Below are positions 25,835 to 35,513 of a stretch of 36,130 nt of DNA, in pieces. How positions within the stretch are numbered: position 1 is the stretch's first letter; each line of letters starts with the position of its first letter. The notes beneath the pieces were generated by a model. It searched no databases. It was given only the letters and a program-made list of their open reading frames with translations, and had not been told where the DNA came from. A program made the translations under genes and the position numbers. The stretch comes from Gammaproteobacteria bacterium (GTDB lineage: Bacteria > Pseudomonadota > Gammaproteobacteria > Pseudomonadales > Halieaceae). The DNA is taken from assembly GCA_002748505.1 (NCBI GenBank), contig PDSN01000039.1:1-36130 (forward strand), in the 5' to 3' direction.

Positions 25835-27328
25835 ATGACAGAGCACGACAATGCGTCACAGGGCGCAGCCGAAAATAAACTGATTGCCGAGCGCCGCGCG
25901 AAACTCGATAGCTGGCGCAAGCAGGGTGGCGCTTTCCCCAATGACTTTCGCCGCAGCGCGTGGGCGGGCGAGCTACAGGCCAGTCACGGCGCGCGCGAAA
26001 AAGCGGATTTAGAAGCCGCTGGCGAGGTGTTCAGCGTGGCGGGCAGGTTGATCCGCAACCGCGGCGCGTTTATGTTGATTCAAGATGGCAGCGGTGAAAT
26101 ACAGCTGTACTTAAATCGCAAAGGTCTGGATGAGGCCACCCTTGCCCAGATCAAAACCTGGGATCTGGGCGATATCGTTTGCGCCACCGGCGAGTTGCAC
26201 AAGTCCGGTAAGGGCGATTTGTATATCAATATGACCGAGGCCAAACTACTGACCAAGGCGCTGCGCCCCTTGCCCGATAAGTACCACGGCCTGGCAGACC
26301 AAGAGTTGCGCTATCGTCAGCGCTACGTGGATTTGATTGTCAACGCCGAGTCCCGCGCAGTGTTTTGCACCCGCTCAAAAATCATCGACTTTATCCGCTC
26401 CTACATGAAAGCGCAGGATTTTATGGAAGTGGAAACGCCGATGATGCATGTGATTCCCGGTGGCGCGACCGCGCGGCCTTTTGTTACGCATCACAATGCT
26501 CTGGATCAGGATATGTATCTGCGCATTGCACCAGAGTTGTACTTGAAGCGCCTGGTGGTGGGCGGTTTTGAACGGGTGTTTGAGATCAACCGCAGCTTCC
26601 GCAACGAGGGCTTGTCTACCCGTCACAACCCCGAGTTCACCATGCTTGAATTCTACCAGGCCTATGCAGATCACAACGAACTGATGGACATGACCGAGGA
26701 CATGCTGCGCCAGCTCACCCAGGCGGTACTGGGTTCTACACAGGTCAGCTATCAGGGCGAAAGCTATGACTTTGCCAAGCCCTTCGTGCGGATGACGGTG
26801 CTGGAAGCGATTTTGGCGCACAACCCGGAATTGGATGCACAAACACTGAGCGATGAGCAGGGCGCGCGCGATTACGCGAAAAAGCTGGGTATTGAACTGC
26901 AAGAGGGCTATGGCCTGGGCAAGGTGCAGATTGAAATATTTGAAGCCACGGTGGAGGAGAAGCTGCTTCAGCCGACCTTCATCACCGCCTATCCCGCCGA
27001 GGTGTCGCCCCTGGCCCGCCGCAGCGATGCCGACCCCTTTGTGACTGATCGCTTTGAGTTCTTTGTCGGTGGGCGCGAGCTGGCCAACGGCTTTTCCGAG
27101 CTTAACGATGCCGAAGATCAGGCTCAGCGCTTTGCCGCTCAGGTTGCAGAGAAAGATGCCGGCGACGATGAGGCCATGCACTTTGACGCCGATTATGTGC
27201 GCGCGCTGGAATACGGTATGCCGCCGACTGCGGGCGAGGGCATTGGTATTGACCGTTTGGTGATGCTGCTCACCGATTCGCCCTCAATCCGCGACGTGTT
27301 GCTGTTTCCGCATATGCGGCCGGAGTGA
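25835..27328 (+). CDS. lysS: Lysine--tRNA ligase, class II
   Basis: 497 aa. Class II motif 2 region [29 protein letters not shown] and motif 3 region [12 protein letters not shown]. Conserved prfB-lysS linkage. Confidence 0.95.
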   Translation: MTEHDNASQGAAENKLIAERRAKLDSWRKQGGAFPNDFRRSAWAGELQASHGAREKADLEAAGEVFSVAGRLIRNRGAFMLIQDGSGEIQLYLNRKGLDEATLAQIKTWDLGDIVCATGELHKSGKGDLYINMTEAKLLTKALRPLPDKYHGLADQELRYRQRYVDLIVNAESRAVFCTRSKIIDFIRSYMKAQDFMEVETPMMHVIPGGATARPFVTHHNALDQDMYLRIAPELYLKRLVVGGFERVFEINRSFRNEGLSTRHNPEFTMLEFYQAYADHNELMDMTEDMLRQLTQAVLGSTQVSYQGESYDFAKPFVRMTVLEAILAHNPELDAQTLSDEQGARDYAKKLGIELQEGYGLGKVQIEIFEATVEEKLLQPTFITAYPAEVSPLARRSDADPFVTDRFEFFVGGRELANGFSELNDAEDQAQRFAAQVAEKDAGDDEAMHFDADYVRALEYGMPPTAGEGIGIDRLVMLLTDSPSIRDVLLFPHMRPE

Positions 27329-27502
27329 TGGCCTTCCCTGAATGGGGTGGCGAGGGCGCGATGGGGGTAGTGAAAGTGTTCACTGCTCTCATCCGTTTAG
27401 GTGGTAGACGTTCACGGTGTTTCAGACTCTCTCAGATTTTTCTGTAAATAATTCACATAAAATGTTAAGCTCCAGGGGTATCCAGTACCTAATTTGATCC
27501 AG

Positions 27503-28093
27503 ATGTTGAAAGTCCCCCATCTTGTTTTGCTGTGTTCATTCGTCTTGTTGCAGGCGTGTGGAACGCTGGGTGCTGACTCCGCAAAGAGGGGACCTGGCGC
27601 GCAGGAAATCGAGTCTGTCGTCGCGGTTGGGGAGCCAACATCCGGTGGGATTTGCCCCTCGTTTTGCAACGTGGGTCGAAGCCGTTTGATTACCTTGCTT
27701 GAGCGCGGACACAAGGCGCTGACGCGTGGTGAATACGACAAAGCCAGCAAGTTTTTTCAAGCCTATCGCCGCGCCCATCCGGGGCGGGCGGCGAGTTGGG
27801 AAGTAGAGGTGGCCGAGGTGTATATGGCTTCTTTGCCTGGCTCGCCGTTTTACAATCCCGTGCAGGCCCGTATCGCCGCCAAGGCGCTGAGCCCTTTACC
27901 GATTAAGCCTTCATCGGTGCACAGCAGTTCACTGCTGTTACATCAGATGCTTGAAGTCTTGCTGAAGGAACAGCGGGACGCCTCCAGCTTGAAAGCACAA
28001 GTGAAAACATTGAAAAACGATATCGCGGTGCGCGAAGCGGCGCTTAAGCGTTTGCGGGAGTTGACGCTTGGACAACAGGTAGGCGGACTGTAA
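27503..28093 (+). CDS. Hypothetical lipoprotein with a C-terminal coiled-coil-like tail
   Basis: Lipobox-like LLQAC after a hydrophobic h-region. No convincing RBS, and the start is uncertain (TTG 27494 or ATG 27503). The 3' end overlaps the convergent kinase gene by 50 nt. Confidence 0.45.
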   Translation: MLKVPHLVLLCSFVLLQACGTLGADSAKRGPGAQEIESVVAVGEPTSGGICPSFCNVGRSRLITLLERGHKALTRGEYDKASKFFQAYRRAHPGRAASWEVEVAEVYMASLPGSPFYNPVQARIAAKALSPLPIKPSSVHSSSLLLHQMLEVLLKEQRDASSLKAQVKTLKNDIAVREAALKRLRELTLGQQVGGL

Positions 28094-29573
28094 ACGTGCT
28101 GCCTATCCCGGGTTCACTGTACACCCCAATACTGCCGCCCATCATTTGACACAATTCGCGACAAATAGCCAAACCTAAACCGCTGCCGCCATAGTTGGCG
28201 CTGGTGGATTCCTCGGCTTGTACAAAAGCTTCGAAAATTCGCGCTTGTCGCTGATGCTCTATGCCGATGCCGGTGTCGGTGACGCTAAACCACAGACTGT
28301 CGTGGCGGCCTCCGTCGAAGCCGCCGGTTACGGTGATTTCTCCATCACGGGTAAATTTGCAGGCATTGCTAAGCAGGTTGACAAAAATCTGCTTGAATTT
28401 CTGGGCATCGTTGTAAAGGGGTGGTAATTCGCGCAAATCATCCAGGGTGAGGGTATTGTTTCCGTCTTTAACCAGCGGCGTTAAATTGTCGCAGATATTT
28501 TGCAGTGTGGAGGCGGCATCAAACTCGGTGCAGTGCAGGTTCATTTTGCCGGTTTCAACTTTTGACATATCGAGAATGTCGTTAATTAAATCCAGCAGTT
28601 GGTGGCCAGACGACACAATTTTGCCAAGATCCTGTCGATGCTGTTCTTTATCCATAGAGCCACCATCGGCTAACTCATCGCTCAGCATTTCGCTATACCC
28701 GATAATTGCGTTTAACGGCGTGCGCAATTCGTGGCTGACGTTGGCGAGAAAGCTGCTCTTGGCGGCATTGGCTTTGTCGGCGGTTTCTTTGGCCTGGCGC
28801 GCCTCGTAAATCGCGCCGCGCAACTTGCCCGACATGTCGTTAAATGCGTTGGCCAGATCTCCCAGTTCGCCGTCTTCGTCGATGTCGTTGATGCGATAGT
28901 TTAAATCGCCTGAACCAAAGCGTTCCGTACCGATTTGCAGGCTCTTAAGTGACGCACGGGTATGGCGGATCAGGAAAAAACCTAAAATGGTTGTCAGGCA
29001 GGTTAAGCCAACAAAACCGATCAAGGTGATGGAGTCGGTCAGGTTAATGGTGCGGTCAATTGCCTGCGCGCGCTGGCGTGACACCAGAGCCTGTTGTTTG
29101 TCCAGCTCGGCGAGGTTTTCACTCACTACGTAAAATGGCAGTTGCTCAGAAACCCTGGTTTTAAACATCGGGTCATTGTAACGTTCGTAAAACTGATGCC
29201 ACTGATTAAGCAGTTGATCGCCACTTTTTTTAAGTTGTTGAAATTTTGTTTCGTTGGTGTTGTGGGTCAGTTTACCCAATTTGGTGATGTGCCTGCTTAT
29301 ATCATTTAGTCCGGCTTCGGCTTGCAGGTATTCCTCATTTTCCAAAGGGTCATCGGTGGTATCACGCAGGGTTTCCAGCACCAGAACCTGCTGTCGTTGC
29401 GCTTCGAGCAACTGTTTAATTTCTTCGGACAGACGCGCCGCCTCAACGGTAGCGCGGAAAGCCATCATGCTCTGATGTCGCGCATAACTGCCCCAAAAGT
29501 GGGTTCCTACATTGATGGCAATAACAACTAAAATCGCCAGAAGCGAAAGAGTAAGACGGTGGGTAAGGCTCAT
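28044..29573 (-). CDS. Membrane sensor histidine kinase (periplasmic helical sensor, HAMP, HisKA, HATPase_c)
   Basis: Two TM segments flank a helical region of about 170 aa. H-box [19 protein letters not shown]-box [11 protein letters not shown]-boxes DTGIGI and GGSGLGLAI. Confidence 0.88.
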   Translation of the reverse strand: MSLTHRLTLSLLAILVVIAINVGTHFWGSYARHQSMMAFRATVEAARLSEEIKQLLEAQRQQVLVLETLRDTTDDPLENEEYLQAEAGLNDISRHITKLGKLTHNTNETKFQQLKKSGDQLLNQWHQFYERYNDPMFKTRVSEQLPFYVVSENLAELDKQQALVSRQRAQAIDRTINLTDSITLIGFVGLTCLTTILGFFLIRHTRASLKSLQIGTERFGSGDLNYRINDIDEDGELGDLANAFNDMSGKLRGAIYEARQAKETADKANAAKSSFLANVSHELRTPLNAIIGYSEMLSDELADGGSMDKEQHRQDLGKIVSSGHQLLDLINDILDMSKVETGKMNLHCTEFDAASTLQNICDNLTPLVKDGNNTLTLDDLRELPPLYNDAQKFKQIFVNLLSNACKFTRDGEITVTGGFDGGRHDSLWFSVTDTGIGIEHQRQARIFEAFVQAEESTSANYGGSGLGLAICRELCQMMGGSIGVYSEPGIGSTFTVRLPVVQASTPANA

Positions 29574-29944
29574 TGGGGTCGAAGTCGCTCTATTTTTTCC
29601 AGCAGGGCAGGGAAGTCTACGGGTTTTGTGGCGTAATCGCTACAGCCTGCTTCAAAGGCTGCATCGCGGTGAGTATCCATGGCATGTGCGGTCAGTGCGA
29701 TGATGGGAATCCAGGCGATCTCGGGATCCTGGCGAGCATTGCGGCAGGCCGTCCAACCATCCATTACTGGCAGGTTGATGTCCATCAGCACCAGATCGGG
29801 TTGTTCGCTGGCCATTTTTTCCAGTGCTTGCTGACCGTTGCTGGCGGTGATGACATTAAACCCGGCACGCCTCAGGCGGCGCACCAGCATATCGCGGTTC
29901 ATTTCATTGTCTTCAACCAGTAATACGCGTGTCGTCTTACTCAC
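29570..29944 (-). CDS. Single-domain response regulator (CheY-like receiver)
   Basis: [14 protein letters not shown], phospho-acceptor in LVLMDINLP, and LTAH...KP. GTG 29944 forms a GTGA overlap with the upstream stop (ATG 29974 is an alternative). Its stop forms an ATGA overlap with the kinase start. Confidence 0.85.
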   Translation of the reverse strand: MSKTTRVLLVEDNEMNRDMLVRRLRRAGFNVITASNGQQALEKMASEQPDLVLMDINLPVMDGWTACRNARQDPEIAWIPIIALTAHAMDTHRDAAFEAGCSDYATKPVDFPALLEKIERLRPQ

Positions 29945-31380
29945 GGCAGCTCTCTCTTTATCTGGTGTATACACAGGGGTTCCTGTACGCCCTTAACCTG
30001 CACATTTCGAGAAAAGCCTAAGATGTATCGTCCCGACAAGGCATCCAGGGTGGCCTGGGAGGCGATCACCATACCGCCGTGGGCGTGTTCCTCTATACGC
30101 GAAGTCACATTCATAGGATGCCCGACAAATCCATATTTGCTACGTTTTTTTGAGCCAATATTACCAGCTACAACCACACCTGTATTCAGGGCGATGCCGC
30201 TTTCCAGTACGGGAAGGTTTTCCTTGATATTGGCGGCGTTGATATCCGCCATAGCTGCCTGCATGGCCAGTGCGCAGCGCACTGCGCGATCGGCATCATC
30301 CGGGCGTCGCTGCGGTGCGCCAAACACCGCTAAAATAGCATCACCCAAAAACTCATCAATAGTACCCTGATGCTCGATGATGATATCGGCCATCGCGCCG
30401 AGGTAGCGGTTCAGTACCTTCACTACCTTTGCCGCCGGAAGACCTTCGCAAATGCTGGTAAAACCGCGAATATCCGACATCATAATAGTTACTTCGCGCA
30501 GGTCGCCACCCATATCCAGACCCTGGGGATGTTCCAGAATATCGGTAACGATTTCATCGGAGAGATAACGTCCAAAAATATCGCGAATAAACTTTTCTTT
30601 GCGCTCAAGCTCGGCGCGGTAGCTCTGTTCCCGGTTGTGCCAACGCTTGCGTTCAATGCCGGCTTTGATTCGCGCCTGCAACAGCACGGGGTTGAAGGGC
30701 TTGAACAGGTAGTCCTCGGCGCCGGTTTCAATACACTGGATGATACCCGCCATGTCCTGACGGCCGGAGATGACGACCACCGGTGTGGCGCGCCATTGCG
30801 GATGCTCTTTAATGCGTTTTAGCGTCTCACGACCGTCAAGCCCGGGCATAATGAGATCTAAAAGCACCACGTCGACATCCGTTGTGGCGAGGGTGTCTAT
30901 CGCTTCTTCACCCGATGCGGCGGTGATAACCGTATGTCCCATGCGAGTGAGGTAGCGGGCAATCAGGTCTCGGTTTTCCCGACGATCATCCACCGCCAGA
31001 ATAAAACCAGGGTCTGAACTCCTGCCGGGGTTCTTGTGGCGTTGATCCGATTGTCCACTGCTTTCGATGGCGAGTATGGTTTTGTGCAGCCGACTTAAGC
31101 CTTCGTACAGATCAACGGAGCTGCCGCAGAGGTCTTCCAGCAACAGTTCCGTGTAGCCTTTGATAACGCCCAGTGTATTTAATACCTCGTGCCGATCGCG
31201 ACGGGGAGTGGCAAACAGTTGGTTGATTTGCGCTGCGGCGGTGAACAGTTTGCTAAAGTCCGCGGCCGAGGCCTCATCGAGCTCGCCGCGCCACAGCGAT
31301 AACTGCTGGCGCAGATCGGCAATGGCGCGCAACAGATGGTCGCTCCACAGATCTTCGGTTATGTTTGGGGTGCTCTTCAT
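29941..31380 (-). CDS. H-box-containing helical domain + receiver (REC) + class III nucleotidyl cyclase
   Basis: 479 aa. Residues about 60-82 read RDRHEVLNTLGVIKGYTELLLED. REC contains VVLLDLIMPGLDG. The cyclase domain has MMSDIRGFT, GTIDEFLGDAILAVFGAP and KYGFVGHPMNVTSRIE. Confidence 0.85.
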   Translation of the reverse strand: MKSTPNITEDLWSDHLLRAIADLRQQLSLWRGELDEASAADFSKLFTAAAQINQLFATPRRDRHEVLNTLGVIKGYTELLLEDLCGSSVDLYEGLSRLHKTILAIESSGQSDQRHKNPGRSSDPGFILAVDDRRENRDLIARYLTRMGHTVITAASGEEAIDTLATTDVDVVLLDLIMPGLDGRETLKRIKEHPQWRATPVVVISGRQDMAGIIQCIETGAEDYLFKPFNPVLLQARIKAGIERKRWHNREQSYRAELERKEKFIRDIFGRYLSDEIVTDILEHPQGLDMGGDLREVTIMMSDIRGFTSICEGLPAAKVVKVLNRYLGAMADIIIEHQGTIDEFLGDAILAVFGAPQRRPDDADRAVRCALAMQAAMADINAANIKENLPVLESGIALNTGVVVAGNIGSKKRSKYGFVGHPMNVTSRIEEHAHGGMVIASQATLDALSGRYILGFSRNVQVKGVQEPLCIHQIKRELP

Positions 31381-31575
31381 GGTGGGTTAGAACCCCTCTG
31401 GTATTGATGATTCAGCCAGACCGAAGTATACACAGTAAAGCACGCATTTATAGTGTGTTCACAGTAAACTTTGCGTTACTATTGTTTTGTTACTTTGGCA
31501 TATTGGTGGTCGATTCGCAGCTTGGTTTTGTTAGAATCGGTAACCGACGAAATCCATCAGATCACAGGACGAGAC

Positions 31576-32223
31576 ATGATTGATAAGGTAGAACTCTTTC
31601 AAGGGTTGGCGGCCGAGGAATTGGAAGCATTAATGGCGAGCAGCAGTATGCGCTCCTTTCCTAAAAACACCGTGGTGATTCACGAGAATGATCCCGCTGA
31701 CTCGCTGTTCATCATTGACTCTGGCAAGGTGAAAGTGTACTGCTCAGACAAAAACGGTAAAGAGTTCATCATGAACACCGAAGGTCCCGGCGATTATTTT
31801 GGTGAGTTGGCGTTGCTTGATGACGCTACCCGCTCCGCCAGTGTTCGCACCGTAGAGAAGTCTTCTTTCATTATTATCTACAAGGATGACTTCAATCGTG
31901 TGCTGGACAACCACCCCAACATCGCCAGACAACTTATCACTAATCTCGCTCAGCGTGTGCGTAAACTCACTGCCGATGTTAAGAGTCTCGCATTGCAGGA
32001 CGTCTATGGTCGCGTAGCCAACGTGTTGATGGATATGTCAGAGGAGCGCGGCGATGGCACTTCGTTCATCCCCGAAAAACTTACCCAGCAGGATATCGCC
32101 GACCGCGTTGGTGCGTCCCGGGAAATGGTGGCGCGTATTTTAAAAGATCTCACTATTGGTGAATATATTCGCTTCGAGGGTCGCCACATTATTATTAACA
32201 CCCGTTTGCCGGCAAAATACTAA
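31576..32223 (+). CDS. CRP/FNR-family cyclic-nucleotide-binding transcriptional regulator
   Basis: ATG 31576 with AGGA upstream. cNMP phosphate-binding cassette FGELALLDDATRSASV. C-terminal HTH DIADRVGASREMVARILKDL with the CRP-type R-E-x-x-x-R. Confidence 0.85.
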   Translation: MIDKVELFQGLAAEELEALMASSSMRSFPKNTVVIHENDPADSLFIIDSGKVKVYCSDKNGKEFIMNTEGPGDYFGELALLDDATRSASVRTVEKSSFIIIYKDDFNRVLDNHPNIARQLITNLAQRVRKLTADVKSLALQDVYGRVANVLMDMSEERGDGTSFIPEKLTQQDIADRVGASREMVARILKDLTIGEYIRFEGRHIIINTRLPAKY

Positions 32224-32324
32224 ACTATTTTTCTTTTTTTGCTTTGATGGTGTCGCAACATTTGCGTTTGCTGAGGCGCGATGTTTTTTGCGGGCGTTTG
32301 CCAGGCGCCCGCTGTAGTGTTAGT

Positions 32325-32362
32325 CCGAAAATTCCATTTACCGGAGAAATAATATCCGGGCT
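32325..32362. repeat. Copy B of the short intergenic repeat (CCGAAAATTCCATTTAC-N-ATCCGGGCT)
   Basis: See copy A at 19390-19424. Here the motif contains the internal inverted repeat CCGGA-gaaataata-TCCGG. Confidence 0.6.
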
Positions 32363-32373
32363 GGTCGCCGTAG

Positions 32374-33864
32374 CTACTTTGTCGCTTCCTCCACCACACA
32401 GGCAAGCTCACCGCGTCCGACTTGTGCCCGCACATGATCGCCGCTGCTGCACTGTGATGCGTCCGTCACCACCTTGCCCTGGGCATCTGTCACAATCGCA
32501 TAGCCACGCTCCAGCGTATTAAGCGGGCTCAGAGAATTGAGCAGTTGCACCTGACCGTGCAGTTTCGCTGCAGCGTCGGTGAGCGCCTGTTTTATTTGCT
32601 GCTTCAAGCCGTGTTGCACTTGCCTGGTGCGCAGTTGGAGTTGGCTGATGCGCGGGGCAGGGGACAGCTGTTGTAATTGCTGCTGTCGATGCGCAAGCGT
32701 GGTTTTATGCTCACTGAGGCGGCGCGACATCACGTCGTGCAAGCGGTGCTCAAGTGCGTCGCAGCGTTCGTTGGCTTTTTCGAGTCGCGTCCAGGGTGAA
32801 TTCGCGCCGATCTGCGCCCGCAGGTGGGTCAGCTTCATTGCCGCTTGATGCAGCGATTGGGCAACAGCGCGCTGCAAGCGCCGTTCCAATTCATCACAGC
32901 GCTGGCTGGTCTGTTCGATCAAGCGCTGCGGGTTTTGCAAACGACGACGCAGGTGGTGTAAGTGGTTTTGTTCGGCCTGTAAGCGCTGGGCAATAAAGCG
33001 GACAAACTGCGCCTCGATGGCGGCCAGTTGTTCCAGCCGGGTTTCCCGATCGGTACTTAAAAGCTCCGCCGCCGCCGACGGCGTGGGCGCGCGCACATCG
33101 GCGACCAGATCGGAGATGGAAAAATCCGTCTCGTGCCCCACGGCGCTGACCACCGGCAAGTCACTCGCAAAAATCGCCCTGGCGACGACTTCTTCATTGA
33201 ATGCCCACAGGTCTTCCAGCGAACCGCCGCCGCGCCCTGTGATGATGGCATCGAGTTCACCCCCCTGTTGATGATAGGCATTGGCGCGGGCAATGGCGTC
33301 GGCAATTTTCTGTGCCGCGCCTGCGCCCTGTACGGGCACGGGAATCAGGGTGATGCGTGTGGCGGGGCTGCGCCGTGCAAACACGCTCAACATATCCGCA
33401 ACGGCGGCACCGGTGCCGGAAGTAATAATAGCCACGTGGTGGGGGTGTTCAGGCAGGGCTTGTTTGTGCTTTGCGGCAAACAGCCCCTCGGCCAGCAGGC
33501 GTTTTTTCAGGGCTTCGAAGGCGGCTTGTAAGTCACCTAGCCCGGCGTCCTGCATGCTCTCGGCGATCATTTGAAAATCGCCGCGAGCCACATAGATGGA
33601 TACACTGCCCCGCAATCGCACTTTGAGGCCGTTTTCCGGGGTGAGGCGCACCCGCTGATTGGCGGAGCGAAACATGGCGCAGCGCAACTGTGCGCCCTGG
33701 TCTTTTAAGGTGAAATACCAGTGTCCCGATGCGCCGTGGCAGTGCAGGTTGCTGATTTCGCCTTCCACCAGTACGCGGCCGATATGCGTCTCCAGTGCTC
33801 GTCTGCTGTTGTTTACGAGCTGGCTGACGCTCAGTACCTTATTATCTACAGATGATGTAATCAC
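32374..33864 (-). CDS. xseA: Exodeoxyribonuclease VII large subunit
   Basis: VLSVSQLVNNSRRALE...VLVEGEISNL...ASGHWYFTLKD matches the XseA OB-fold N-terminus. Divergent xseA/guaB synteny as in E. coli. GTG 33864 puts the conserved LSVSQL at the usual distance from the N-terminus; ATG 33915 is an alternative. Confidence 0.85.
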   Translation of the reverse strand: MITSSVDNKVLSVSQLVNNSRRALETHIGRVLVEGEISNLHCHGASGHWYFTLKDQGAQLRCAMFRSANQRVRLTPENGLKVRLRGSVSIYVARGDFQMIAESMQDAGLGDLQAAFEALKKRLLAEGLFAAKHKQALPEHPHHVAIITSGTGAAVADMLSVFARRSPATRITLIPVPVQGAGAAQKIADAIARANAYHQQGGELDAIITGRGGGSLEDLWAFNEEVVARAIFASDLPVVSAVGHETDFSISDLVADVRAPTPSAAAELLSTDRETRLEQLAAIEAQFVRFIAQRLQAEQNHLHHLRRRLQNPQRLIEQTSQRCDELERRLQRAVAQSLHQAAMKLTHLRAQIGANSPWTRLEKANERCDALEHRLHDVMSRRLSEHKTTLAHRQQQLQQLSPAPRISQLQLRTRQVQHGLKQQIKQALTDAAAKLHGQVQLLNSLSPLNTLERGYAIVTDAQGKVVTDASQCSSGDHVRAQVGRGELACVVEEATK

Positions 33865-33868
33865 AAGT

Positions 33869-33897
33869 TTGCTCAGGGGTTGACAAAGACGTATAAT
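33869..33897 (+). promoter_or_regulatory. Candidate sigma70 promoter for guaBA
   Basis: TTGCTC (33869-33874), a 17-nt spacer, then a perfect TATAAT (33892-33897), about 125 nt upstream of the guaB ATG. Confidence 0.35.
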
Positions 33898-33935
33898 TGC
33901 GCGTTTTCCCAGCATCCTAAGAGACACGCGGCCCC

Positions 33936-33965
33936 ATTGTACGCCGGGGTTTGCCCGTAAGTCAC
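33936..33965 (-). promoter_or_regulatory. Candidate sigma70 promoter for xseA
   Basis: On the minus strand: GTGACT, an 18-nt spacer, then TACAAT, in the xseA-guaB divergent region. Confidence 0.3.
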
Positions 33966-34021
33966 AGGAAAATCGGCGGGATTTGCTGTCCTTGCCCATA
34001 ATTGACCAGATGAGGTATACC

Positions 34022-35491
34022 ATGTTGCGAATTGCTCAGGAAGCACTCACCTTTGACGATGTTTTACTCGTGCCCGGATATTCCGACGTGGTGGCCACGG
34101 GCGTCAGCTTGAGAACCAAGCTCACCCGCGGTATCGAGCTGAACCTGCCGCTGGTTTCTGCGGCAATGGACACTGTCACGGAGCACCGCCTCGCCATCGC
34201 CATCGCCCAGGAGGGCGGCATCGGCATCATTCACAAAAGCATGACCATCGAACAGCAGGCCGAGCAGGTGCGCTGGGTAAAGAAATTTGAAAGCGGCGTG
34301 GTAAAAGACCCGGTCACTATCTCCCAAAACGCCACCGTCGGCGAATTGATCGAGCTGACCCGCGCCAAGGGTTTCTCCGGGGTGCCGGTGCTGGATGGCC
34401 AGGATTTGGTGGGCATTGTCACCCATCGCGATATGCGGTTTGAGTCCGATCTGACCAAGCCTGTGTCCAGCATTATGACACCCAAAGAAAAGCTGGTGAC
34501 GGTAAAAGAAGGCGCAAGTGCAAAAGAGGTGCAGGCCCTGCTGCACAAACACCGCATCGAAAAAATTCTGGTGGTAAACGATGATTTCGATCTCTGCGGC
34601 ATGATTACGGTAAAAGATTTCGACAAGGCCGAAAGTTTCCCTGCAGCCTGTAAAGACGAGTTCGGTCGCCTGCGCGTCGGCGCATCGGTGGGCACGTCCC
34701 CTGATACCGATGACCGCGTTGCCGCATTGATCGAGGCGGGCGTGGACGTGCTGGTGGTAGACACCGCACACGGTCATTCGCGCAATGTACTGGATCGGGT
34801 AAAACGCATTCGCGATCACTACAGCGATATTCAAATCATCGGCGGCAATATCGCCACCGGTGACGCCGCGCGCGCTCTGGTCGATGCTGGCGTCGACGGT
34901 GTAAAGGTGGGTATTGGCCCGGGTTCAATTTGTACTACGCGCATCGTTACAGGTACTGGTGTGCCGCAGATCACCGCGATTGGTGATGTGGTCGAAGCGT
35001 TGGAGGGCACCGACATTCCCGTGATTGCCGACGGCGGTATTCGCTTTTCCGGCGACATCGCCAAGGCTTTGGTAGCAGGTGCGCACGCGGTGATGATGGG
35101 CAGCATGTTTGCCGGTACCGAAGAGGCGCCGGGCGAGGTGGAGCTGTACCAGGGGCGTACCTACAAGTCTTATCGCGGTATGGGGTCATTGGGCGCAATG
35201 GCGCGCACCCAGGGCTCCAGTGATCGCTATTTCCAGGACGCCAGTCGCGGTGCGGAAAAACTTGTGCCCGAAGGCATTGAAGGTCGCGTGCCTTACAAAG
35301 GCCCGGTGGCGGCGATTATTCACCAGCTTATGGGCGGCGTACGCTCGGCCATGGGTTACACCGGAAGTCGAGACCTTGCGACCATGCGCACCGAGCCAAA
35401 ATTTGTGCGGGTCACATCGGCGGGTATGTCAGAAAGCCATGTGCACGATGTATCGATCACCAAAGAAGCGCCGAACTACCCCGTACGCTAA
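34022..35491 (+). CDS. guaB: IMP dehydrogenase
   Basis: ATG 34022 with GAGG upstream. [21 protein letters not shown], a CBS pair, the catalytic loop [11 protein letters not shown] and GGIRFSGD. 489 aa. Confidence 0.95.
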   Translation: MLRIAQEALTFDDVLLVPGYSDVVATGVSLRTKLTRGIELNLPLVSAAMDTVTEHRLAIAIAQEGGIGIIHKSMTIEQQAEQVRWVKKFESGVVKDPVTISQNATVGELIELTRAKGFSGVPVLDGQDLVGIVTHRDMRFESDLTKPVSSIMTPKEKLVTVKEGASAKEVQALLHKHRIEKILVVNDDFDLCGMITVKDFDKAESFPAACKDEFGRLRVGASVGTSPDTDDRVAALIEAGVDVLVVDTAHGHSRNVLDRVKRIRDHYSDIQIIGGNIATGDAARALVDAGVDGVKVGIGPGSICTTRIVTGTGVPQITAIGDVVEALEGTDIPVIADGGIRFSGDIAKALVAGAHAVMMGSMFAGTEEAPGEVELYQGRTYKSYRGMGSLGAMARTQGSSDRYFQDASRGAEKLVPEGIEGRVPYKGPVAAIIHQLMGGVRSAMGYTGSRDLATMRTEPKFVRVTSAGMSESHVHDVSITKEAPNYPVR

Positions 35492-35513
35492 GTTTGTTTA
35501 AGGAACGCCGTCA

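Noticed and set aside
26375-27181. Long antisense ORFs inside well-supported genes. Examples are 268 aa opposite lysS, 256 and 177 aa opposite guaB (34064-34834 and 34231-34764), 226 aa opposite the M20 gene (21245-21925), 180 aa at 22313-22855, 159 aa at 12562-13041, and 134 aa at 6652-7056 and 10820-11224.
   Set aside because: They are shadow ORFs typical of moderately GC-rich coding DNA. They have no RBS, low-complexity Arg/Ala/Pro-rich translations and no recognisable motifs, and the opposite strand carries strongly motif-supported genes.
32284-32312. The GC-rich inverted repeat GCGGGCG-N9-CGCCCGC between the crp-like gene and xseA, considered as a bidirectional intrinsic terminator.
   Set aside because: The T6 run precedes the hairpin on the plus strand and becomes an A-run after it on the minus strand. 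Neither transcript gets a hairpin followed by a U-tract. It is more likely part of a REP-like element.
33880-33897. Perfect TTGACA and perfect TATAAT hexamers in the xseA-guaB region, considered as a consensus promoter.
   Set aside because: They are only 6 nt apart, so they cannot serve as a -35/-10 pair. TATAAT was paired with the weaker TTGCTC at 17-nt spacing instead.
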